Assembly: GCA_963769105.1 (NCBI GenBank)
Contig: CAVYKQ010000005.1
Coordinates: 681,164 to 745,163 of the forward strand
Origin: Pirellulaceae bacterium
GTDB lineage: Bacteria; Planctomycetota; Planctomycetia; Pirellulales; Pirellulaceae
DNA: 64,000 nt
Direction of reading: 5' to 3'
This document shows positions 24,901 to 34,353 of the stretch, piece by piece. Numbering within the stretch: position 1 is the first letter of the stretch; every line of letters begins with the position of its first letter. Both the position numbers and the translations under genes were made by a program. The notes beneath the pieces were generated by a model, which saw only the letters and a program-made list of their open reading frames with translations, was not told the DNA's origin and searched no databases.

Positions 24901-26995
24901 GGACCATATTTATAGCGAGGCCGGTACCTACACGGTCAACATCACCGTCAGCAATACCGAAGGCGTTTCGACCGACAGTTTTGAAGTGGTTGTCAACCAA
25001 GGCGCTCCGGTGCTGGATCTGATCATCGAGACGATCGATGGTAGTCCAATCCGCCAAGGCGCTGCGGTCCCTGCCTACTGGGAAGCTGTTGATGCGTCGT
25101 TCGTTGCCAATCGCTTCACCTGGAGCTACTGGATGGACTGGGGCGACGGCACTCCGCTGGAAGACATTTCCGATAGTCTGCAGTTGATCATCCGCGAGAA
25201 CGACATTCAAGTGATCGGTGAACCAACTCATGTTTATCAAGACGAAGGTCCGATCACGGCAAGGTTGATCGTGATGGACGATCACGGCGTCACCTACGAA
25301 AGGCCTTATGTATTCCAAGTCCAGAATGACTTGCCGTTAGCAGAAGTCCTCGGGCCGGAAACCGTCGCGGAGAGCGTACTGGCCGAATTTTCCGTGAATG
25401 TGATCGATCTGGATGGTGTCGGCAGCATCGAATGGGATTTCGGCGACGGCAGCGATGTTGTTGTCGGAACTGAAACTACGATCACGCACTCCTATGCCGA
25501 TCCAGGCGAGTACAAGATCATTGTGACAGTCGACGACGGCGATGGAGGAAGTACTTCCTCGTCGCTGATTGTCAACGTCACCAACGTCCCCGAACCGCCA
25601 TCGCTGGCACCCATTCCACGACTTCGCGTTGCCGAGAATCAAACTCTGGTCTACTCCGTTCAGGCAACCGATCCCGATGCCGAAGCAGACTTCGAATTCA
25701 CCGCTCCCGGTGCTCCAGTCGGATTCAGCATCACCTCGGGGAGCGGAACAATCATTTGGACGCCGACGTTGCAACAGGGTCCGGCGACATACAACTTCAA
25801 CATCGTTGTCACCGACGAAACCGGTTTGCAAGCCGAAACGCCAATTTCGATCGAAGTGACCGATACCGGATCGATCAGCGGTCAAGTATTCCGTGATGCC
25901 GACGTCAACGGATTGTTCGGCGCCGCCGACTTGGCAATTGCCGACCTCGAGGTTCAGCTGGATATCGGTGACGACGGCACAATCGACGAAACCGTCCAGT
26001 CGAACCAGTTCGGAGACTACGAATTCCTGTCGTTGCCGCAAGGCCTGTATCGCGTGATTGCGAATCTGCCAACTGGATTCAGCAGAACGACACCGACATC
26101 GCTATTGATCGACATGGATACGGCCGAAGCGGTCCAGTTGCCGGCCATTGGTGGTAGCGACGACACCGACCGCGATGGTGTTAGCAACGCTGACGAAATC
26201 AATTCGTTAGCTGGGATCGATGGGAACGGTGACGGAATCGCCGATTGGCTACAGTCCAACGTTGTCAGCGCCGAATCACCCGATGCTGGCCCGATCACAT
26301 TCGTTGGTCCAATCGGAACTACCGTTCGCAATGTCCAGTTTGGTGCCCCGCGAACCGATCCGCCCGCCGGGGGCGCATTCCCGTATGGTGCGATTCAGTT
26401 CGAAATCGAAGGACTCATCAACGGCGGGAAGGCAAATGTCGATCTGCTTCTGCATGACAATCCCTCGATCGCGGTGGTGTTCACGTATGGGCAAACCACG
26501 TCCAATCCCTTTGACGAGCTGTATCGATCGATTGGGCATTCGGTTGATGGTGACCGTGTTTCAGTCCAGCTACACGATGGATCTCGGAGCGACCTTGACG
26601 ATATCGCGAACGGACGCGTAACCGAAGAGTTCTTGTTGAGTGACGCGAATCTAGCCTGGCAGAATCCGTCCGATCGTTTCGATGTCAACAACAGTGGTGG
26701 TGTTAGCACCGCTGACGCACTGGTCATTATCAACCAATTGCGCCAGCGGAATCCAAATCTGCCGCCGGTCAACGACGAGGTGGATCGCTTCTATGACGTC
26801 AACGGGGACGGCCGCGTGACCGCTGCCGACGCGTTACAAGTTATCAATGAAGTGGCGCGACGAAGATCAGAGCAGAACAATGAACAGCTTGATCGCCGAG
26901 CTGCATCCGACCAAGCGATCGTCGCGATGATGTCGGATGACGCAGATAAAGAGACGGACGACCAGACGTACACTGAGGAATCACGAATTTTCTAA
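3981..26995 (+). CDS. Giant multidomain extracellular adhesin-like protein (~7,670 aa), split by apparent frameshifts into ORFs 3981-10607, 10121-12604, 12612-22115, 22075-22467 and 22469-26995
   Basis: The N-terminal RRHLAENLEPRMLLA leader occurs only in the first ORF and the dockerin only in the last. Protein-like sequence continues across each junction in a shifted frame (~10115, G-run 12596-12600, ~22090, ~22455). Composition is uniformly acidic and Gly/Asp-rich. Confidence 0.85.
4041..4091 (+). other. Planctomycete extracellular / LEPRxLL N-terminal motif
   Basis: KRRHLAENLEPRMLLAG follows a basic N-terminus; no hydrophobic Sec signal peptide is present. Confidence 0.9.
5708..9335 (+). 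repeat. Nine tandem divergent ~120-140-aa protein repeats (xLRDG...TLGDL...GRIVLxDxT...DxDGDGxIxGxxL)
   Basis: Recurrent anchors: TLRDGT, HLQDGQ, HPKDGS, DLLDGT, ELRDGT, SLRDGT, EFRDGS, YLRDGT, TLRNGL. Repeat ends include DSDRDGKLIGPRLL, DDDGNGQIEGREL, DINDDGELIGPSLI, DPDGDGTIEGASLY and DLDGDGRIAGPSLI. Confidence 0.8.
13070..17790 (+). repeat. RTX/hemolysin-type Ca2+-binding GGxGxDxL nonapeptide repeat blocks
   Basis: Dozens of units such as GGSGNDVII, GGDGDDEIN, GGPGNDELIG, GGAGDDLLHG and GGPGHDVLQG, dense over ~13070-16030 with further blocks at ~17085-17310 and ~17650-17790. Confidence 0.95.
18760..20270 (+). other. FG-GAP/integrin-alpha-like beta-propeller region of the giant protein
   Basis: IGDINGDGADDLL..AYVFFG, DLDGDGLMDL, ADFDADGMDEIA..GRVYV, ADFDFDGDSELVV, AGDFDGDFRQDLAIG and DMTGDRLADLFVGS..GAVFVIPG. 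Confidence 0.85.
20780..22075 (+). other. ELWxxDGT-repeat region of the giant protein
   Basis: GRELWLTDGTAEGTKLVADL, DLYFSDGTKPGT, AELWFSNGEAAGT, NELWGTDGS and QLWVTDGTAPGT. Confidence 0.88.
22935..23860 (+). other. Internalin-like leucine-rich repeats with an inserted Golvesin/xanthan-lyase-CBM-like beta-sandwich
   Basis: LRRs: LESLDLSGN, LRHLNVDDN, LVYLDLSGNSIEQLAPLSGLSQMRAVDLAGNPI. Insert: AVWDFRQIPAGEYDVLVTW...VNQQ...VIADAVAL. The LRR then resumes with LPKLQRIDARDT. Confidence 0.75.
24215..26620 (+). other. Ig-like stalk: SdrD-B-like, PKD, cadherin/He_PIG-like and choice-of-anchor-U-like domains
   Basis: SdrD-B-like: VEGALVYVDTNSDGGFSSGEPSAVTGSDGRY and GSISGQVFRDADVNG. PKD: QYGDG..HIYSEAGTY, DWGDG..HVYQDEG, WDFGDG..HSYADPGEY. 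Cadherin-like: VAENQTLVYSVQATDPD..IIWTPT. Choice-of-anchor-U-like: DGNGDGIADWLQSNV..FPYGAIQFEI..LHDGSRSDLD. Confidence 0.75.
26657..26860 (+). other. C-terminal type I-like dockerin domain (duplicated Ca2+-binding loop-helix)
   Basis: WQNPSDRF-DVNNSGGVSTADALVIINQL ... FY-DVNGDGRVTAADALQVINEV. Confidence 0.92.
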
Positions 26996-27177
26996 ACGAA
27001 TGATTGCTGCATCAAGACTTTGTGGCGGCGGCCGTTTCGTGCCATTTCCATTTTTCACTGGGGGCAACCCAACTCCACACACTCTGTACTACCCCGCAAA
27101 CCATCGAATACGGCAAGGCCAGGCCGATTGGCGGCCGATCCACCACTTGAACTCTTCCCAACCCTTGAGGCTGATCT

Positions 27178-27831
27178 ATGAACCGACAACTCGCTTGCAT
27201 TGTACTTGTGCTACTGTTTACACCGCTGACCACCCGCGCCGCCAGCATCTCACTGGTGATTGATTCTTTGAGTGGCGGGCCGTTGACGATGTTGCCCAAT
27301 ACAACGTCTGATGAATCGTTATTGAGCGTCCAAAATGATACGTTCCCAAACTCGATCGGTGAATTTCTCTCAGGTTATCAGGTTGCATTGCAAATCGTTC
27401 CGCAGGCCGCCACTACCGGCTCGGTAACCTTCGCTTCACCCGTGACCGGTTCACTCCTTGCCGAACCAGCGAACTATGTTTTCAGCTCGGTTGATAATCT
27501 CGGACTCGACGCCACCAATAGTGGTGACGAGTTATTTCTTTTCGACCTGGATTTGTCCGCGACCGACGTGCCGACAGCACCTGGAAACAATATCGCGGCG
27601 ATGACTTTCCTGGCATCCAGCGACGCAGTCGGCCTATTCGACATTGTTGCGATTCCCGGTGCGGCAAACTCGGTATGGACCGATGATTTTTTCCGTAGCC
27701 GGGACTTCGCGAATGTTCCGGCAATTGGCGGTCCCGTTGTGATTGGTCAGATTATGGTCGTACCGGAACCCTCTGGTCTCTCGCTCTGCTCGGTCTGTTT
27801 GCTTGGGTATCTGAATCGTCGTCGTCGCTAG
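27178..27831 (+). CDS. Secreted PEP-CTERM-anchored protein with putative cohesin-like beta-sandwich
   Basis: Signal peptide MNRQLACIVLVLLFTPLTTRA and C-terminal VPEPSGLSLCSVCLLGYLNRRRR (PEP, short hydrophobic stretch, Arg cluster). The body is beta-strand patterned (FLSGYQVALQI, GSVTF, NIAAMTFLASSDAVGLFDI). GAGG lies upstream. Confidence 0.88.
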   Translation: MNRQLACIVLVLLFTPLTTRAASISLVIDSLSGGPLTMLPNTTSDESLLSVQNDTFPNSIGEFLSGYQVALQIVPQAATTGSVTFASPVTGSLLAEPANYVFSSVDNLGLDATNSGDELFLFDLDLSATDVPTAPGNNIAAMTFLASSDAVGLFDIVAIPGAANSVWTDDFFRSRDFANVPAIGGPVVIGQIMVVPEPSGLSLCSVCLLGYLNRRRR

Positions 27832-28081
27832 CGGGGATGTCGGTGGCCCCAGCTTTAAGCGTCGGTCATTGGACACTGCAGGCGACTCGGCAAACAAACT
27901 GGCAGGAATCGTTGACCGTGTCTCTGCCCCGCTAGCAAGCCACGCGAAATTCGGGAATCGGCAAAGCGGGTGACAGGGCTTTGGCAGCCAAGCACTTTGA
28001 ACGTTGGATCACACTCTTTCTCTTCGTTACTTGAACAACTATCCTACTTGACTCCCAAATCTTCGTCCCCGGAGTCAAGAT

Positions 28082-30767
28082 ATGCATCGTGCGCTCGCCA
28101 TTCTCACCCTTTTCACCTGCCTTTCAGCCCCGACAATTGCGGCTGACTTGGAGCTCAAACAGGGCGATCATATCTGTTTGGTCGGCAATGCGTTGGGTGA
28201 GCGGATGCAGCACCACAACCAATGGGAATCGTCTGCTGCATCAGCGATTTCCAAAGCTGAACTTGACCGTTCGCAATTTGTGTTTTCCCGGCGATGAGCC
28301 ATTCGAGCGGATCCGCAGTCGAAAATTTTGGCGATCCGGATTCTCATCTGACCCATAGCAAAGCGTCGGTCGTGATGTACTTCTTTGGTTTCAACGAATC
28401 TTTTGCCGGCGACAAGGGGCTTGCAAAGTTCACCGAACAGATGACAAGGTTGGTCGAAGAAACGAAGGCCAAGGACTATGGCAGCAGGGTCGCCACGAAT
28501 CGTTTTGGTTTCGCCGATCGCGTTCGAAAATACCGGTGATCGAAATTTGCCCGATGGCAGCGAACACAATGCGCGTCTGGCCGCCTACACGGCAGCGCTG
28601 CAGTCGGTTGCCGAGAAAACAGATGTCGAGTTCGCCGATATTTTCAAACCAACGAAAGCAATTGTTTGAAGAGTCGGATGCAGCGATTGACTTTCAATGG
28701 TGCTCATCTGAATGACGCTGGCTATGCCGCTCTGGCGCCGATTTTGAACACCGCCTTGTTTGGTGACGGCGGACCCACATCAAGTCGATCCGAAAGTCCA
28801 AGCCGAAATCGACAACAAGAATTTTCATTGGTGGCATCGCTATCGTGCCGTCAATGGTTTTTCGATCTATGGCGCTCGTGGCTTGGCGGGCAGCGACGGA
28901 ACCTACAACAACCGCGACGTGATGGAACGTGAGCGAGCGATCCTGGATCAAATGACCGCGATTCGCGATGCACGAATCTGGGCCGTCGCCAGTGGCGAGT
29001 CCGTTCCCGATGAGATCGATGATTCGGATACTTTGCCGTTCATCAATCCCAAGACCAATGTTGGCGGCCCGGATGACAAAGAACGCAAACGGGGAAAACT
29101 GGGATCACTCGATTATCGAACCGCCGCCGAACAGCAAAAATTGTTCAAGTTGCATGACGGTTTTGAAATTCAACTGGTCGCCTCCGAAGAACAGTTCCCG
29201 GAACTGGCCAATCCGGTTGCGTTGAATTTCGACAACAAGGGACGGTTGTGGGTGGCCACCATGCAGTCCTATCCCCACTGGAAACCGAAAACAAAACTGG
29301 ATGACAAGATTTTGATTTTCGAGGACACACGACGGCGACGGGAAAGCAGACGAGTGCAAAGTGTTTTGCCGATGGCCTGCATCAGCCGACTGGATTCGAG
29401 ATTGGCAACGGCGGAGCTTACATCGCCGAACAACCCGACATTCTGTTTGTTCAGGACACCGATGGAGATGACAATGCCGACACGCGAGTGCGAAAGCTGT
29501 TCGGATTCGACTCTGCCGACTCGCATCACGGCATCGCCGCTTTCGAATGGGGTCCCGGTGGCAATCTTTACTTCCAGGAAGGAACGTTCAAGTTCTCGCA
29601 AGTCGAAAGCCCCTATGGGCTGACCACGAATGCACGAAGCGGGGATCTGGAATTATCACCCCAAGAGCGAAAGGTTCGGCGCGTTTTCAGCTTTTGCTTT
29701 CTCCAATCCCTGGGGACATGTCTTTGATCGTTGGGGACAGAATTTCATCGGTGATGCCTCACCTGGATTCAGTTATTGGGCGGCACCGATCTCCGGGCAC
29801 ATCGACTATCCGAACAAACACCCCGGCGGCAGCCAGCATCGCCGCGTTGCCAAGACGATCAGGATGGCGATCCGAAGTATACGTTTCCGACTTTCTACGA
29901 AAAACGAACTCGACCGCTCGGCGGCTGTGCGATGATTTCCAGCCGGCATTTCCCCGACGAAATGCAAGGCAACTTTTTGGTCACCAACTGCATCGGCGAT
30001 CGCGGCGTTCTGAATCATCAGGTTCGCGAAGAAGGGTCTGGGTTTGTCGGAACGGAAGTCGATCCGATCATCATGTGTGACGACGGCAATTTCCGACCCG
30101 TCGATGTGCAAATCGCTCCGGATGGTTCGCTGTACATCGTCGATTGGCACAACGCATCTGATCGGACACTTGCAACACAATTTGCGTGAACCCAATCGCG
30201 ACCATAGTCACGGGCGAATTTGGCGAGTCAAGCACAAGACCCGACCGCTGTTGGAGCCAGCCAAGATCGCCGGCGAGCCGATTGAATCATTGCTGGAATT
30301 GCTGAAAGTTCCCGAGGATCGAACCCGCTATCGCGCCAAACGAGAACTCGCCGCGCGGGACACGGCGAGGTCATCGCGGCGACCAAAAAATGGGCTGCCG
30401 GATCTGGATCCAGACTGACGAAGAGTACGAGCATCATCTGCTTGGAAGCGTTGTGGATGCACCAAACGATGAATGTCGTGAACGTTGATCTGCTGGAGAC
30501 AGTTGTTGGCCGCAAAGGACCATCGAGCCCGTGCTGCGGCGACCCGCGTGCTCTCGTTTTGGATTGACGACGTTCCCGATTCGATGGAACTGATCAAGAA
30601 AAGTGATCAACGACGAACATCCGCGAGTCCGTTTGGAAGCCGTTCGAGCATTCAGTTTCGCCAGTGGCGATGAAGCAATCGAATTGGCGCTGGGAGTGCT
30701 GGAGCACGACATGGACGACTACCTTCAATACACGCTCGATGAAACCATGCGGCAACTGGAGCAGTAG
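28082..30767 (+). CDS. PVC-type membrane-bound dehydrogenase-like protein with N-terminal SGNH/GDSL-like domain and HEAT repeats; multiply frameshifted
   Basis: Fragments in shifting frames: signal peptide then GDHICLVGNALGERMQ, RNLCFPGD, FFGFNES, NGAHLNDAGY, LVASEEQFPELANPVALNFDNKGRLWV, DSHHGIAAFEWGPGG, NPWGHVFDRWGQ, FRPVDVQIAPDGSLYIVDWHN, RDHSHGRIWRV, HRARAAATRVL. Stop TAG at 30765-30767. Confidence 0.8.
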
Positions 30768-30857
30768 TAGTTTTTAGGACGGCCGCCAGTCACGTCTCGT
30801 GGAAAGAAGGTGTGACACGATGCTGGCCGTCGTTCAATTCTCAAAATCGTTTTCGAA

Positions 30858-32753
30858 ATGCGCATATTTTGCTACCTCTCGTCATGCTTGTTGCTGTCCG
30901 CAATCATCGCTCCCCGCCCAGCACCAGCATGATCACGATGGCGACGGACCCAAATTGCTCCGCCGAAAGTGTTCCTGGACAAGAGCCCGCGTGTGGTCGC
31001 TTACCAACTCAAGCGACTGGACAACCAACGCTTGTTGATGGTCGAACGAAAAACCGACGACAAAAAATACATCCCGGTTTACTCGGCGATCCTGTCACGA
31101 GTGGGCATGTCGCCGCAGTTTCGTGTAGAAGCCGTTCAGGCACTTGTCAAAACTGACTGATTCTGATCCCGTCACTGTTTTGCTGGATGCGATCCAAGAC
31201 TTTGATCCCGAAGATCCGCGACCAACTGCGCGCCGGCCGCCAATTGGCAACGATGTTGCTGCGGCAACCAGTCGAGACGCTCAAGTCGCCATCAGGACTC
31301 TTTGGATGAAGCAATTGAATCGGACAATTCGTCTGTGCAATCGGTCGGCGCCGCCGGGCTGATCGTATCGGGACAGAGCGATTCCTTGCTCTCAAATCCG
31401 AAGGCGAAACGTGCTTTGCTATCGGCAATTCAATTGGTTCCTGACCCAGCGAAACTCGCCGACCTGTACTCGCCGGTCGTAGAACTGGTGACAGGAAGCG
31501 AATCGGCTGATGATAGAAACGCGGCGATTGCCGCCTTGGGATTCATCGCTGGTCGCCAGGAAGAAACTTACGAGTTGCTGGTTCCATTGGTGGCCGAGCC
31601 CGAATTCCGGGATGCGGCGGTCAGGGCAATCCTGAAGATTCCTACCGAGAGTCGCAACGATCAGCCGAGTGCGCAGCTGCTCGAGCAATTGGTCAAACAT
31701 GCGGAGCAGACGCCAGCCAACGAACGAACCAGCGACGAGTTCATCGATGCGATGCAATTGGCCGACCAGCTGATGGCCAAAGTTTCTGCGGTGAAAGCAA
31801 GAGAATATCGATCGCGATTGGATGAGGTCACCGTGCGAGTCGTGCGGATCAGAACGGTCGAAGAAGAGATGCGATACGACCTGCCCTACTTTGCTGTGCA
31901 GGCCGGCAAATCGGTGCAGATCATTTTGGTCAACGAAGATCTGATGCCCCACAACCTGGTGATCACGACTCCCGGGTCACTCAAAGAAGTGGCGCAGTTG
32001 GGGCTGGAGGCCGGTCCACGTGGTGTCGATGGCGGACTGCCCTATGTGCCGAAGTCGGAGAAAGTTCTGTATGCAACCGATCTCGTACCAATGCACCATC
32101 AGGAACGATTGACTTTTACCGCACCAACAGAACCGGGCGAGTATCCCTATGTTTGCACGTTTCCGCAGCATTGGTATCGGATGTATGGCGTGATGGTGGT
32201 CGTTGAAAATCTTGAACAGTGGAACCAAAATCCAGTGGAACCGGCCAATCCGATCGGCAGCAATCGTTCGTTCGTTCAGGCCTGGACGATCGACGACTTG
32301 AAAGATGATCTTGAGATGGGTTTAAAAGGTCGTTCTCTGGAAATCGGCAAGCGTCTCTTTGTCGAAGCCTCATGTGCCGGATGCCACAAAATGAATGGTG
32401 AAGGTGGCACGATTGGTCCAGAGCTGACCGACGTCTTCACGCGGTGGAAAGGGGACCGCGTTGGCGTGCTGCGTGAAGTTTTGGATCCTTCGCACAAGGT
32501 CGACGCCAAGTATGCGATGCAACAAGTTTTAACCGCCGACGGACAGATCATTAGTGGTATTTTGGTGGAAGAAGATGACGACACAATCACTCTGGTCGTC
32601 AGTCCTGACGCCAAAGAACCGACAGTGCTTGCCCGAGACGACATCGAACAGATCTCCCCATCATCATCGTCGATCATGCCCAAAGCATTGCTGGACCAGT
32701 TTACCAAAGACGAAGTGTTTGAAATTTTGGCGTATTTGCAAAAAGCGAACTAG
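30858..32753 (+). CDS. Secreted HEAT-repeat + cupredoxin (azurin/auracyanin-like) + c-type heme protein; 5' part frameshifted
   Basis: Type-1 Cu ligands MPHNLVI...YPYVCTFPQHWYRM and heme motif CAGCH followed by GTIGPELT...LDPSHKVDAKY...SIMP. ATG at 30858 gives a signal-like MRIFCYLSSCLLLSAIIA. Confidence 0.85.
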
Positions 32754-32887
32754 CAACCGCGATGTGGCTATAGCCATCAGCCACGCGTCGCTCTGATGCA
32801 ACGATTTGCAATCCTTGGCTTCGCTGCGACATCTGTGGATCGTTGCTGTTTTTTGAGGATATCTGAATCGGGCCGATGGGCACGCCC

Positions 32888-33355
32888 CTAAGTTTTAGGG
32901 TGCACGAAACTTAGATGCAGCTCGCTGTGGCGACATTGAACCTGGTCGTGTTGCTGGCGAGTCATCTTGCCGAAGACTGGATGCGGTTGCAATTCGGATC
33001 GCTTGTATCGTTCGATTGATTCCTTCCAGTTTTTCATTCCGGTTGCCACATCAATATCCTCGGACGACCAGAGCAGTGACTGAGTTTTCGAGGGTAACTT
33101 GAACCCGGATGGCAGAGTGCGTCGGATCATCAGTGGTCGCACGACTCTGACGGCCAACCTGAGAGGAAGCTTGACCGGAGGTGGCGTCCGTTCCCCAGTG
33201 ATCGTGTCCATAGCTCGACCCAAATGGTCCAGGATCTGGCCGAACGAATAGTGACCGGTGGTTGTGACTTCCCCCGCCGCCAGCCGCTCGGCATCGGCGA
33301 CTGCTTCATCAATCGAATCAAAGTGGATCTTGCGTCGTTCTGGTTTATTCGTCAT
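32888..33355 (-). CDS. DUF1569 / DinB-like family protein
   Basis: RRKIHFDSIDEAVADAERL, YSFGQILDHL and HPVFGKMTRQQHDQVQCRHSELHLSF. Confidence 0.8.
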   Translation of the reverse strand: MTNKPERRKIHFDSIDEAVADAERLAAGEVTTTGHYSFGQILDHLGRAMDTITGERTPPPVKLPLRLAVRVVRPLMIRRTLPSGFKLPSKTQSLLWSSEDIDVATGMKNWKESIERYKRSELQPHPVFGKMTRQQHDQVQCRHSELHLSFVHPKT

Positions 33356-33358
33356 TGG

Positions 33359-34213
33359 TCAATTCTCTGCTTCGCATCGATTGGTCAACGTTCCAATCTT
33401 CTCAATCTCAACACTGCATTGGTCGCCCGGTTGCAAAAAGACGGGTGGTGTTCTGGCGGCGCCGACTCCAGGCGGCGTTCCGGTAAAGATTAGGTCGCCA
33501 GGTTTGAATGTGACGATCTGAGAGATGTGAGCGATCAACGTTGGAATGTCAAAAATCAAGTGACTCGTCGTGCTGTCTTGCATCGTTTCGCCGTTTAATA
33601 ACATCCGAATTCTTAGATCACCGGGGTTGGGTACTTCGCTTGTCGTGACCACACAGGGACCGATTGGGCCAAACGTGTCGAAGGTCTTGCCGAGCAGCCA
33701 TTGCTGCTGCGGTACCCCTTTTTGCCAGTCACGTGCTGACACGTCGTTGCCGCAAGTTACCCCGAATACGTGATCCATTGCGTCGGCCGCAGCGATGTGG
33801 CGGCCAGCTTTACCGATCACGACAACCAGTTCGCCTTCGAAGTCAACTTTGTTTGATACTTTGGGCAAACAGATCGAATCCCCATGGCCAACGATGGCCG
33901 AGGGAACCTTGTTGAATACCACCGGCTGGTCAGGTATCTGTGTGCCGGTTTCATTGGCGTGTTCGATGTAGTTCAGGCCGATGCAAAAAGCCTTTTCCGG
34001 CGACGGTACCGGCGGCAGTAGGCTTGCCGGCGCTGGTTGCCATTGATCTTCATTTGGCTGGGGCAGTGACGCGATCCAGTCGACTCCACGTGCGAAGATT
34101 TCCACTCCGATCGGCACGTCGTCCGTCAAATTGTTCAGCGGACACACCTGGCCGTCGCGATAGAGTGCGAAGGCAGGTTTGCCGTTGGCGTCGTTGATTC
34201 GGCACAGTGCCAT
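33359..34213 (-). CDS. Fumarylacetoacetate hydrolase (FAH) family protein
   Basis: [44 protein letters not shown] and [14 protein letters not shown]. Confidence 0.95.
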   Translation of the reverse strand: MALCRINDANGKPAFALYRDGQVCPLNNLTDDVPIGVEIFARGVDWIASLPQPNEDQWQPAPASLLPPVPSPEKAFCIGLNYIEHANETGTQIPDQPVVFNKVPSAIVGHGDSICLPKVSNKVDFEGELVVVIGKAGRHIAAADAMDHVFGVTCGNDVSARDWQKGVPQQQWLLGKTFDTFGPIGPCVVTTSEVPNPGDLRIRMLLNGETMQDSTTSHLIFDIPTLIAHISQIVTFKPGDLIFTGTPPGVGAARTPPVFLQPGDQCSVEIEKIGTLTNRCEAEN

Positions 34214-34353
34214 GGATGTGATTCTCCTAGGAAATGATTGAATCGCTTGCGGGCATCGATTCAGTGGTCAACGGGGTATTCCGTGGTGGCTCGGCGAAAA
34301 GCCCTTTTGCGGGTCTGAGATCCCCAACTAACGCCGAGGGAGAGATGACTTGG

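Noticed and set aside
26657-27831. True cellulosome
   Set aside because: No glycoside hydrolase or lyase catalytic domain and no multi-cohesin scaffoldin was seen in the window.
34250-34345. Possible riboswitch/ncRNA upstream of the FAH gene (CTCGGCG...CGCCGAG pairing)
   Set aside because: Only a short inverted repeat is present; no recognisable riboswitch or tRNA consensus.
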